This document shows, piece by piece, positions 27,081-39,800 of a stretch of DNA of 50,014 bases; the stretch's first letter is position 1, and each line of letters starts with the position of its first letter. The notes under the pieces were generated by a model. It was not told the origin of the DNA, ran no database searches, and saw only the letters and a program-made list of their open reading frames with translations. The DNA is from Welwitschia mirabilis (lineage: Eukaryota), in the NCBI GenBank assembly GCA_051453625.1, contig JBOZIK010000001.1:31297501-31347514 (forward strand). Reading direction: 5' to 3'. The translations under genes were made by a program, and so were the position numbers.

Positions 27081-27769
27081 CCTATACATTTATGGAGATA
27101 TGTCCATGTTTAGCCGACATGATTTGCTTTGGTTTTTGGGAAAAGTCTCAATAAGATTGATGAAATGTATAATGACAAACATGATTAAGACAATTTATGT
27201 TAGTGATGCACAATTGTCATTAGAATGAACTTAAGAAAGTTAGTAGGTGATATATGATAAGAATTGGTTGTTTTGATTTTTAATGGCTTAGGGGCAAGAC
27301 TTCTAGGAATGGGATTTGGTGGTTTATTTTTGCTTGTTTATATAAGTAAAGAATATACAAAAGTTTAACTATGCTCGAGCAATTTAATTATACTCAAGGC
27401 CTCATAATATGCCAAGAAAGTCATTGAAAGTTTCAAACCCAAAATGTTCTAAATAAGGGATGTGTCCCACTAATTAAACTGCCATGTCATTGGCAACTAA
27501 AAAATATCAAAAGTACAAAACCATATACCAAAGAGATAGAAAAAGCTAGCAACTATGAGAGAACAAGGAAAAGCTACTAAGTGATAGTAGAAACTAGCAA
27601 AACNNNNNNNNNNNNNNNNNNNNNNNNNNNNNNNNNNNNNNNNNNNNNNNNNNNNNNNNNNNNNNNNNNNNNNNNNNNNNNNNNNNNNNNNNNNNNNNNN
27701 NNNAAAAGCAAATCTCAACTATATGATTTTTTTTGCCTAATGTACATCATAATTGGTCCACCACATGTT

Positions 27770-27870
27770 TCTGAGTTGTAGGCTTAAAGGCTTGGGTCCG
27801 AGTCTCATCGCATTCGGTTTGGCTTGTGATTCTACTCTTGTGTTTGAGGTGCACCATGTTTAAGCTTCAG
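27770..27870. repeat. Isolated arm fragment of the foldback family
   Basis: TTGGCTTGTGATTCTACTCTTGTGTTTGAGGTGCAC aligns with 12026-12060 and 26330-26365. Confidence 0.6.
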
Positions 27871-27889
27871 CATCTTATATGAATTATAA

Positions 27890-29730
27890 GAAAGACTTGG
27901 ATATTTGATAGCCATCTCTCAACTTAACAGAGAACACCCATGCGTTTTCATTACACCAAGCTAAATAGCATGTAATATCCTTTCCCACAAGCCTTACATC
28001 AGAATTGTGGGGAAAGAAAACTAAAAAGCAAAACATTATATTTTAGACTGGTCCAAGATAACTTCAGTACTCATATATGCTACATGTTCCTTCTACTTTG
28101 CAAATCAAGGTGCGAGGATTGTGGTAAGTAATTATGAACTTCCTAGTTTAAACTCTTAAGAGGAGGAAGCTTAGTAAAATCTAATTTCTTAAAGAGGTAA
28201 ACTACAATGCATGCTTCTTTCATATGATAACCAAAAAAAAAAAAGATAACATTAGTAAATAGAACATAGGTAATTAATCACAAATACGCATTTGAATTTT
28301 CATCAATAATAAACCTGATTAGTTTACCACCTTTATGAAATCATAAATATATAAATGTGAGAACTTTTATCCACAATAAAAGAACCAAGAGTTGGTAATT
28401 AAGCATGAAATATAGTAATTTAATTGAGATGTGTATGTTGTTTACTTACTTTGTATATATAACATAGACATTGTTCCTTACTGATCAATGTGCTATTGTT
28501 TCCCATAATTCTATTTAAAAGGGTAAAAAAGGTGAATACAAATGAGCTTTAGTAAAGCGAATAGACATTAAACTATGTCATTAAAGAGTTAGCTGAAATA
28601 TTTGTCTCTTTCTTTTTCCTCAATGAGATTGGAGAATAATTATGATTGTTTAGCAAAAGTGTCAAAACAAGCAAATTGACTATAATCTTATTTTATTTAT
28701 GAAGAGTTGACAGCTTTTAAGATGTAATCACTTCTATACTACAAAGATAAGTTACTTGTCCACTTTAAGTTACCTTCTCTATTAACATTGGATTAGAACA
28801 AGCTACCTTACTTGGAATAAAGTATTTTCAGATTCAATATTAATACAATAATGAAAGGTTTTCTAATCTGTTAAACATTCCAAGGTTCTACTTAGAAGAT
28901 GTTATAAGCCAGCCTTTAAAGTCTTGAAAATGCATATTATATGGTTGAAAACGTTATTAATAAGAAAATATACTTTTCAAATTTTTTAATCTCTAAANNN
29001 NNNNNNNNNNNNNNNNNNNNNNNNNNNNNNNNNNNNNNNNNNNNNNNNNNNNNNNNNNNNNNNNNNNNNNNNNNNNNNNNNNNNNNNNNNNNNNNNNNNN
29101 NNNNNNNNNNNNNNNNNNNNNNNNNNNNNNNNNNNNNNNNNNNNNNNNNNNNNNNNNNNNNNNNNNNNNNNNNNNNNNNNNNNNNNNNNNNNNNNNNNNN
29201 NNNNNNNNNNNNNNNNNNNNNNNNNNNNNNNNNNNNNNNNNNNNNNNNNNNNNNNNNNNNNNNNNNNNNNNNNNNNNNNNNNNNNNNNNNNNNNNNNNNN
29301 NNNNNNNNNNNNNNNNNNNNNNNNNNNNNNNNNNNNNNNNNNNNNNNNNNNNNNNNNNNNNNNNNNNNNNNNNNNNNNNNNNNNNNNNNNNNNNNNNNNN
29401 NNNNNNNNNNNNNNNNNNNNNNNNNNNNNNNNNNNNNNNNNNNNNNNNNNNNNNNNNNNNNNNNNNNNNNNNNNNNNNNNNNNNNNNNNNNNNNNNNNNN
29501 NNNNNNNNNNNNNNTCTTGTACTGTTTGCTTTTTTGTCGCAATGTAAAATATGGGAATGTGTTGTTTAGGAATATGTAATTAAATTGTATGTTTGAACAT
29601 GGCCTGTATATATTTAAAAAAAGAATATTATATTCATAAGACCTTTAAAACATATGGGACAAAAAAATAGAAATGACATAGGCCTAAAAGACTTTCTCTA
29701 TAAAATTACTGAAAATTTTGGGTAAAACTT
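27890..29730 (+). repeat. ~1.4-kb tandem duplication, copy A (contains a 517-N gap)
   Basis: 27890-28997 aligns colinearly with 29731-30840, and 29515-29730 with 30903-31145, with scattered substitutions and small indels. Confidence 0.95.
28047..28394 (+). pseudogene. Two phase-compatible decayed exons inside the duplicated unit
   Basis: TTTTAG|28047-28123|GTAAGT (copy B: 29890-29966|GTGAGT) and TTAG|28323-28394|GTAATT. The joined reading is TGPR*LQYSYMLHVPSTLQIKVRGLCLPPL*NHKYINVRTFIHNKRTKS; the stops are explicable by C>T. Parent gene not recognised. Confidence 0.4.
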
Positions 29731-31145
29731 GAAAGACTTGGATATTTGTTAGCCATCTCTCAACTTAACAAAGAACACCCATGAGTTTTCATTACACGAA
29801 GCTACCTAACATTTAATATCGTTTCCTATAAGCGTTACATCAGAATTGTGGGGTAAGAAAAAATCTAAAAACAAAACATTATATTTTAGAGTGGTCCAAG
29901 ATAACTTCAGCAGCCAAATATGCTACATGTTTCTTCTACTCTGTAGATCAAGGTGCAAGGATTGTGGTGAGTAATTATTAGCTTCCTAGTTTAAATTCTT
30001 AAGAGGAGGAAGTTTAGTAAAATCTAATTTCTTAAAGGGGTAAACTACAATGCATGCTTCTTTCATATGATTACTGGAAAGAGAAAAAAATTTTAATTTT
30101 AACATTAGTAAATAGAACATAGGTTATTAATCACAAATACACATTTGAATTTTCATGAATAATAAACCTAATTAGTTTACCACTTTCATGAAATCATAAA
30201 TATATAAATGTGAGAATTTTTATCCACCATAGAAGAACTAAGAGTTAGTAATTTAGCATGAAATGGGGTAATTTAACGAAGATGTGAATGTTGTTTACTT
30301 ACTTTGTACAAAAAACTTAGACATTGTTCCCTAGTGACCAATATGCTAATATTTCCCATAAATTCTATTTAAAAGGGCAAAACAAGGTGAATACAATTGA
30401 GCTTTAGTAAAGTAAATCGATATTAAAGTATATCATTAAAGAGTTCGCTGAAATATTTCTCTTTTTTCTTTTTCCTCAATGAGATTGAAGAATAATTATG
30501 ATTGTTTAGCAAAAGCGTCAAATTGACTATAACCTTATTTTATTTATGACTAGTTGATAGCTTTTAAAATGTAATCACTTCTTTACTACAAAGATAAGTT
30601 ACTTGTCCACTTATCTTTTCTATTAGTATCGAATTAGAACAAGCAACCTTACTTGGAATAAAGTATTGTCAAATTCAATAATAATATAATAATTAAATGT
30701 TTTCTAATCTCTTAAACATTCCAAGGTTCTACTTAGAAGATATTGTAAATACAAGCCTTCAAAGTCTTGAAAATGCATATTATATGGTTGACAACATTAT
30801 TAATAAAAAAATATACTTTTTAATTTTTTTAATCTCTAAAATAAATGTCATTAAACATTTCCCAAAGACAAGCTATTATTCCTTTGAAAGAACTAAGTAA
30901 ATTCTTATACTATCTACTTTTTTGTCACAATGTGAAATGTGGGAATGTGTTATTTAGGAACATGTAATTAAATTGTATGTATGAAAATGGCCTATATATT
31001 TTTAAAAAAGAATAAAAACTAAAACTAAAAATAAATTTTTTTATTATATTTATAAGACCTTTAAAATCTACAGGACGAAACAATGGAAATGACATAAACC
31101 TAAAATACTTTCTCTATAAAATTATGAAAATTTTGGGTAAAACTT
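29731..31145 (+). repeat. ~1.4-kb tandem duplication, copy B
   Basis: Begins GAAAGACTTGGATATTTG directly after copy A's end TTTTGGGTAAAACTT, and ends with the same TTTTGGGTAAAACTT. Confidence 0.95.
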
Positions 31146-32044
31146 AAAATAATTCAATCAAATAATGACATCTCATTCTTGCCTTAAACTATCTCATAAA
31201 ATATTGTCGAAAATAGGGGATAAGATTCAAGCTCACACATGTATTCACCATGCTATAAATAAATAAAATTTATGCCAATATCCTCATTCAAATTGTTAAC
31301 CTTTATTTAATTAAGCTATTTTCATAAGGACTAACAAGCAATTATAAATGGGATGAAAGTGTGGGAATGTTGAACTCAAGCCTTTTACTTGTACCTACCG
31401 CACAAGGAGGGCCACCATGATTACCCAAATGAATAATTTAGTTATGGCTAAAACCTAATAAAAGTTTTGATGCCATTTTTTAATAAATCATAAAAATCTT
31501 CTTGTGAAGACAAATACAAGTTTCAATAAAAACATTGGTACCCTTGTTGAAAATTTTTAAACATGAAAATGAAAGACATAAGTTGAAAAGATCTTTTTTC
31601 TCTTTTTTGTTAAGTTATATAAATCTATGTGGCCTCTTCTTTTGTCTTTCTGTTAATAATTTTTATTCAAAATAAAACCTTTTATATCAACAATTGAATA
31701 AAGCACTAATTATTAAAAGCCAATTAACTCTAAATCAATTCTTGTATGGGCATATAATTTACCGTTTGAATACCGACATATTTCATCTTGCAAATTATAT
31801 CCAAACATTCCAAGCAAATAAATTTCTTTTTGTTTCTATCATCAATTTTGTTTTCCACCCTTTTGACAGCACCTCACATGATGACTTATAGTAATGATAG
31901 CGAATACTGTGACACGAGAACGACAAATTGCTATTATCATTGGTAGATATTTGGCATGTCGTTAGTGATTATACTTGATACTTAAGTGATATTGGTTGTA
32001 TTGCAATTTGAGATATGAAATACGTCAATGAGTCTCAATGTTAC

Positions 32045-32165
32045 CATTATGATCTATTGCTGTATAGTGGTTGTGCTTTGGAAATGTTTTCATGCAAGAA
32101 CATCCAGAAACTACAGCAGCATCTGAAGGCCCTTCCCCGAGCGCTTCTTTGAACTTCATGAGGTC
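32045..32165 (-). other. Exon-like block downstream of the UPF0235 gene
   Basis: CTGATTCAGAACAG| acceptor and ATG|GTAACA donor, GC-richer than its flanks. One open frame: DLMKFKEALGEGPSDAAVVSGCSCMKTFPKHNHYTAIDHN. Confidence 0.35.
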
Positions 32166-33229
32166 CTGTTCTGAATCAGTTTGTAAAATAGTTCGGCGAA
32201 AAACTTGACAATGCAATTTATATCTCAAACTTTAGGATTATATGAATGGAATACATTCAACCATCATAAGTAAAACCAGATTGTATATAAACATCATCCG
32301 TTGCAAACATGAAGGGACATGTTCATTCAACTTGAATAAATTGACTATCAGTGAGTCGGAAATGTAAATTTGCCTGTTAACATTTTACACAAGAAATGAC
32401 ACCTTTATATAGTATTTGTTTAGCTTAAGCAAAATTTAAACAGATCTCAGAGCTATCTATGTTTTTTTGATTCCAAATGTACACAGAACAAGAAAGCCGT
32501 TCAAAACCCCGAGGGTTCTATAGAGATTTGAAATTGCAGAGGCCCAATGAAGGGAAACACGGGTTTAGAAAATATCCAATCATGCAAACTCTACGTCAGA
32601 ATCAAAGGGAACATTCTCTCATTTCATTTTGAAACTGGGTTGGAGAGTATCAAGAAAGATAAAGATTCTAATTTACAGGAAAAACTTATTTCTCTGTGGA
32701 TATAAATGAGCTGAGATCTCCACAGTGAGAATTAAGAAACCACTGCTGTGGAACATAATGCATGAGTTAGCAAATGCTTATTGGTCCACACTCAAGTACC
32801 TGAACTGCGTAGCTATGGGTTCAATTTTCTTCCCTTTACAACGAGCCTCCATTGCCCAAAAGTGGCCCCATAATTTCTCTCTGAACACCTTTGAAAATCC
32901 ACATCTAAACTATACGTGTGGAAACAACCTTCAAGTTAGAAATAAAAGACAGAATCACTTCAAACAAAAGAAGAGATTATGAAATTGGCTATATGAAAAG
33001 CATATACAAACAAAAATCATTTAGTTTTACAGTTATTTACAAAAAGTTAGTTATATGAAATCTACATATGAATAAAATTATCTGTACTTAATTCCTTACA
33101 TGCATGGGCTGCACTCAACAGCCAAACTTAAACTAAGCTCTAGAACTGTAACTATAAAAAGGAATGCCATAGAGATGAGCTTACTTGATCATATATATAA
33201 TGAGTTCAAAATAACTACGCATTCTACAA

Positions 33230-33358
33230 TCACTGATCACGAGCTCTAATTAACGCATCATACACATGTTGCAGTGAGATGTCTTCAACAAGAAGAGTCT
33301 TCTCCCGTGATTTGGATCCCGAGCCTATTGAAAGTCGTCGCCTTTTAACTCCAAGAAC
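33230..33358 (-). CDS. UPF0235/DUF167 (YggU, C15orf40-like) protein, exon 3
   Basis: GACCAG| acceptor, phase 0. Reads [42 protein letters not shown], containing the family GxKSRxK motif. Confidence 0.95.
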   Translation of the reverse strand, partial: VLGVKRRRLSIGSGSKSREKTLLVEDISLQHVYDALIRARDQ

Positions 33359-33579
33359 CTGGTCAAGATAAATATCAAAAATCAAAAGCTTAACTCATGT
33401 TTTGGAAATGCAAATCATTATAAGCTTAACTGATATTTCTGAAATGCAAATCATTACAGTATATTATAGTATCTTCTTGAGTGGAAATTTTGTTTGCTTT
33501 AATGGGAGATACATTAAACTTTGGTAGAATACCCTGGGACTCGCTCCATTTTACAATCAAGAAGGTTTTGCTTTGCTAT

Positions 33580-34486
33580 CAAGGTAGCATGACTCCTAAA
33601 AAAACTTAAAAGTTTTACTCATAACTCGTGAGTGACTCGTCATCTCGTTAACTCATTTGCTTTGCTATTAAGGTAGTCTGACTCATGAAAAAACCTAAAA
33701 TTTTACCCATAACTTGTGAGTGACTCCATTGTCTTATTGACTTGTGAATGACTCCATTGTCTTATCGACTCACTTAATGTTGACTTATTTATATGAAAGA
33801 GATAAAAAACAGAGAAACAAAAAATAACGTAATATTAATGGTTTGTAAATGAATTTTCTTCTTAAGTGTGTAAAATAGAATAACATATTTCAACAATAGG
33901 AGAATGAATTCATATCACAATTTGATGTCATTACAAATAAGCAATACACAATACCAAGTTTCATATGAATTTTCTTTTCTGGTGTAATCAAAAAACCAAT
34001 CAATGAACATTTTATCATTCAAGCAACAAAATACATAAAACAGAGGTTTTCATTCAAACATGCAAATAGCTAATTACATAAGCAATAAGCCAATGTACTA
34101 TCTAAAATGTGAAATGAAGTGTTAAGATCCAGTGTACAATCATATATGTCATCTTTTAACAGAAAGTTGAAAATAATTAAAAATAAGATATTTAACTATT
34201 TATTACATTCGGAGAGTCATTTTTATCTTTTTTCCTTAAACTGAACTAACCTGTGAGTTACTTGCCCTTAATGAAACTCTTTAGAGTTAGAAGGAAAACT
34301 CAGAAGTTTTTATAAACTAAACTAATTTGTAAGTCACTCACCATGAATGAAAGTTTTTAAAGTTAGAAGGAAAACTCACTTTAACTAAGGGGCATCAAGT
34401 TAAAGAGAGTGACTCATAAAGCTTCTGGGAGACATCGAACCTGTGAGTGACTCGCATTAATTCAGAGAGTCATGCATGCCACCCTG
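33580..34486. mobile_element. hAT-like non-autonomous element in intron 2 of the UPF0235 gene
   Basis: Termini CAAGGTAGCATGACTC and GAGTCATGCATGCCACCCTG are imperfect inverted repeats. Flanks TTTGCTAT and TTTTCTAC match at 6/8. GTGAGTGACTC subterminal repeats cluster at both ends. Confidence 0.65.
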
Positions 34487-34604
34487 TTTTCTACACCCTG
34501 CTATTACACGAGGTAAAAAGTAGAAAGAAAAAAGCATAAAAAATAATATCCTATTCGCTTGGTTTCGGTTAAAAGCGTTTCGAAATGCACAGTTCTCCTC
34601 TAGC

Positions 34605-34731
34605 AACGTCTAAAAAGATTTGGAGGGGATAGTTTCAGAGTTCCGCGACCTTTAAAAAGACTTACAGGGGATGATGTTAGAGTTCCGCAACCTCTAAAAA
34701 GACTTATAGGGGATAATGTTAGAGTTCCGCA
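34605..34731. repeat. 42-bp minisatellite, ~3 copies, intronic
   Basis: AGAGTTCCGC occurs at 34637, 34679 and 34721. Confidence 0.9.
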
Positions 34732-35059
34732 AAGGGTAGCATATTGTACGAATGTTAGTAGAACTTGAATGGAACAATTATGAAAGTTTTTAAAATATCT
34801 TTAGATTCTCTCCTTTAGTGTTAGATATTAAAAGCAACTTTCAATTGTGTCTAGCAATTCCTTCGAGTAACCCTAATCATAAACCGAAAAAATTGCAGAC
34901 TCTTGAAACCCAATCGAAGTTGAAAATTCCATAACTTCAGATTTCAAAAAACATATGGATGACCGCTCAAAAAGGTTTTCGTACTTCTGGTCATATAAAA
35001 GTTCATCCACAACTAAAATTTCAGGCATTGTGATAAATGGACAAGAATGAACACAATAC

Positions 35060-35148
35060 CGTGCTCATGAAGTCAATTAAAGCTGCGTTTGCTTCACCAT
35101 CCCTTGCCGGCGCATCAATTTGCACTCCAACCGCCTCCTCGTTCACAT
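35060..35148 (-). CDS. UPF0235/DUF167 protein, exon 2
   Basis: TAATAG| acceptor and |GTATTG donor, 89 nt. Reads (D)[29 protein letters not shown], containing the APxxDGxAN signature. Confidence 0.95.
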
Positions 35149-35552
35149 CTATTACTCAACAACACATGCGTATAAACATCAAGGTATCTAAAACATCATA
35201 AAAGATACATACAAAGAACGAAATTCTTACGATTCCATAAACATCGGACGGCAGGGGACGTGAATGTAGACTCAGATGCATCTTGCGAGTAACCTCTCGG
35301 ATAGACTAATAACTTGCGATTCAAATTCATTTATACTATTTCTATCCCTAACAAATTAGAAAACCTCCGGAACTTACATATAGTCGTCCCGCAATAAATG
35401 TCAAAATCCGTGATTTCCAAATCAATACTTTCGCTTTAGGGAAAACATTACTCATCATAACAAAGCGTACTAAATCAGAAACAGAAAGAAGAAGCCCTTA
35501 TTTTTTCTGTGAAACCAACTGAAAAAATGAGGAAAAATCGAAGGAAACCGAC

Positions 35553-35703
35553 CTTTAACAGAAGCTACCTTGGAACCGGGCTTTGCGCGAATGCTAATCG
35601 AAACAGATGAAGGAGGCACAAGTCGAAGACACGAGGGAAAGGTTGAAGGTTCAGTGGATTGAGCTTGCACAGCCTTCTTTGACAGTTTCGGTCGAGGGGG
35701 CAT
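35553..35703 (-). CDS. UPF0235/DUF167 protein, exon 1
   Basis: ATG at 35703. Reads [50 protein letters not shown], then AAG|GTCGGT donor in phase 1. The spliced product is 122 aa and resembles Arabidopsis At1g49170 as recalled. Confidence 0.95.
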
Positions 35704-36849
35704 TTCGCTTCATTCGGCTTTTCCCGAGTCTATCTCCCTAATACCCATGAAAGGCCTCCTTTATTACTTCAAACAAACTATAACGGTAACATCTTTGTTA
35801 AGAAGTTTAAAATTTAGTTTTGTCGATTGGGAAGCTGTTAACATTATTATAATTACTAGATTTTCGACATAACAATTATACTTAGAAAGAAGAATTTTAC
35901 TTATAGGATTGAGGTCCTATCTTAATGGTAGTAAAGTTTTTGTGACTTTGTGATTGTTTGTTTACTTCTAAAAAATGTATTTTAATAAAGAAAGAATTTA
36001 AGGGGAGGATGCTAAACTCAAGTATGGCATCCAAAGGTTTGAATCTATGATTACCTAAACGGATGACTTAGTTACACGTAGGATTTCATAGAAGTTCTAA
36101 TGCCAAGTAGAGTATCCATAGGTGTCAATCCACATCTCTATGGAGAAAAAATGTCTCACTAATTGGACTAACATTTAATTAGCAAGAGTTAGCATAGAAA
36201 ATATGCAAATATTATCATCAATCACTATTAGCAAAACTATCAAATTTTTAAAAAAGTATTACTTTAAGAGGTGGTTAACATGTCAGATCCCAACAATGTC
36301 ACTAAACATGAAAGTATAAGTTTCCTTACAATAAGAAATAGGAATTAGTAAATACTACATTATCACAAAAGCATAGAAACATCAATTGCTACGAAGCCAT
36401 AGTCCAAGTGAAATATAACAACTTTAAAGGGAAAAAGGTCTGCATATGCTAAATAGAGTAAAATTCAAGATTTTTTCATTAACCCTAAAGAAGATAAAGC
36501 TTGAGTCATTTTGTTTACCACTCTAGTTGCTACTTGACAGTTTTGTCTCAGGCTAGATGTGAGTAGGCTTGTTCAACAGGTGTTTGAAAATGTAAATGTG
36601 ATAATAGAGGAGTCAATGTGGTTTGATAATAAGAGTTTATTAACAAACAAGACTCACACATGAATCAAGTTTCCTTTTTTATGAATAAATGATTAATGAA
36701 AATAGAAAACAGTTCAATGCTATACATAGATCTTATTATTTCAGTTCATACATGACTCTGCAGACAAGATTCCAGAAGAGAAATATGTGTATTTAGAACA
36801 TGTATATGAATTCTAGATACCTGTCCATTACATGTGCAAACTTATAAAG

Positions 36850-39800
36850 TGCCATTATGATTATTTTAATAATCTCGCATTTAAAGGAAGTTCTAATTGT
36901 AATTCAAACCATTTTTCACATAAAATTTAACCCTTCTGTTTATAAGAATTTTAGCTCTGATTTCTAAACTCTAATCAATTTTTTTTACTAATGCTTTATA
37001 TAAGAATGTTTCCTTCAAATCTAATTTAAGAAACTTAAATTCCATCTACATCAAAAGATGCATGATGGCCCAATACATATTCATATGTGTTGTGGTAGAG
37101 ATATATTAATCAACTACTATTGTATTCTTGAGAATATCATATTTCCACACTATCTGCTTTTTTTCTTGGTTATACTTTATCATCTCCCTTAATAATCAAA
37201 TGTCATTTAGAGCCTATAATATTAAGTTCATAAGTGGATCTAGGTACTAACTTACATAGATTTCTCTTCATCCTAGCTTCATATTATTTATCCATTACAA
37301 CCTTAGTCATCTTGTCCTCTTTAATGTTAATCAGCATTGTAAGATGAATATTTTAAACATACAAAAAAATTGCATATTATCTTTGGATCCTATCTTTCTC
37401 ATAATATTATTGTTTTTAGAAGGTTTCTCATGAGGTACTTTTATGTTTTTATTGGTTTCAATTTTAACTTCTTGAATAAATATTTATGTGCTAATAAATA
37501 TCCTCCTTTGAACTCTTGAACTTTTTCCTAGCATTTGTGGTGATGTATAAGATGTTTTTTATGTAATATTCTTAAGGTAAGACATTTTATCTTTATTAAA
37601 AAATATTATTTTCTCATTATTTTTTAGATTTTCATTGATTTATCTAATCTCTCCATTGAAATCATATATGTATCATGGATTGACTTCTCAAGCCTATTAT
37701 TATCAATTCTACATCTTTGTTTAATACAATCTTATTTAATTCAATTATATATCTATGATACCATTTAGAAACTTTAGTGCATCCTACAAGAATACATTCT
37801 TTTACTTTAACATCTTAATTACTTTATATCTATGTATGATAGTACATCATATGACCAACTAGTTTTAAAATTGATACATTGTCTTCTTCCTATCAATTTC
37901 TTATACAATTCAATATCTTTTAGACTCTTGGTAGAAACTCTATTTATAATAAATTTAGATTTGATCATTGATTTAGCCTATCATGAGATGATCAAATGTG
38001 CTTCAAATAAACGACAAGAAGTCATTTCCTTTAGTCAATAATTCTTTTATTTTGCTATTCTATTTTAACATCGTGCATAAGGGATGATGATAGATGTTAA
38101 TTCCTATTTTCTTAAAAAGTTCTAGAAATTTCATAACACATATTCTTTTCCATTAGTGAAGTCATCAACTTTAGATCTTTAAAAAATCCTCTAAGATTAC
38201 ATATTCTCTATAATGCCACATGATAAGTCTAACATGTCAAAGTCATTATTTTATAATATTTTGTAGATTATGCATCTATTTGAGTAAATCTTAATATAAT
38301 TTCTCCTTTATTTTGAAAGAAAAATTACCTCACTCTTTATTCGATAATGCTTTATCATTTAAGTACATTAATGTTCTATCTAAATAACCTATGAAAGAGG
38401 TCTTACCTTCTTTGATAATGTTCTATTTCTTATCTATTACTATCATCAATAAATCAAAGTATATTCATACTAATGTGCTTAAGAATAATAGATTCTATTT
38501 TAGTCTAGAATTATATAGAACATCTGTTTATGTAATCTGAAAACTCTAGTTAAGTATTATACAAAAGTTCTCCAATACTCATAACTAGTAATGAGTTCCT
38601 TTTTTTTAATTTAAATTGTGCTACAGAGCCTCTTATTCAGTATACATAATAGATCCCTCATAGGAGTCATATGTTGAATTGTTTTCACATTTATTATCTG
38701 ATAGGATATTAAAGTAGCCATAATTAAATTCACATAATTAATTATATCGCCTAATATCCTAAGAAATAAAACATAATATTTCATTATGTAAAACATTTAA
38801 TTGATTTCAATTAATTTACTTTCACAAATCTAATAAAAGATATGATTCTTTTTCACTATTAAAAAATAATAGCAAATCTTTATTCTTTATCCTAATGTGT
38901 CTAGCATCTATTTTGAATTTACTCATTTGTAACATTACACTTTGAGATATAACATCCTTTCTATTATATCACTTTGTAACTTATTCATTGATCGTTTTGT
39001 CTATTCTAAAAACCATCTATTTTGTTATACTTCTTTAAATTACCTACTTTATAGTACTTAGGCTTATTTGATTCATTATTATGATTTTCCTTCTAACATT
39101 AATTCCTACTATTATCATTAATGATTTCATATCTTGTGACAATAGCTACTAGAACACTTGATTAACATATAACATACTAATGTCTTGAAAATTTTTATTT
39201 AATGCCTTAAAATTCATGGTTGTTAATTCTACATTAGCCAAAAGTTTTATGATAACTAAGTTGTAGGCTAGTATTACCTAAGAATTCTTTATTAGGTAGG
39301 CCAAGTAACTTTTACTAAAAATATCTTTGATATCTTAAATATGATTGATTACTTTTAATGTCTTTCATCTTTTTTTGTGAAGAATATTTATTTGATTTAA
39401 AAAATATATGAATTGTATATCGATTTTGGTAGTAAATGCTTCCTTGAATATTCTGGAAATCTCATGTGTAGATAAATACGTTTTTCTTTTTTTGAAGGGT
39501 CATAATGCCCAATATTGATAGGAAAATTAAACTGTTTAGAAATAAAGGAAAGGTATTCCACTAATTATTCAGGAGAGGATTGTGAAACAGAATAAAAATG
39601 GCGGCGAAACCACCCTAATGAAACAGATTGAAGATGGGGAACTACCTATTTAGAAGAGTAAAAAGCATAGAACTACTAACAGACTGGGGGGAAAAACGCC
39701 CCACACTACCAGAAGTTACAAAAAAAAACTTAAATAAAAAAAAGGACCTAGAAAGAGGAGTATTAGAGTTCTCTACAGAACGAGAACAAATTACCATAGT

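Noticed and set aside
34605-34731. Possible CRISPR-like array
   Set aside because: Head-to-tail 42-bp units without unique spacers, inside a eukaryotic intron, with no cas genes.
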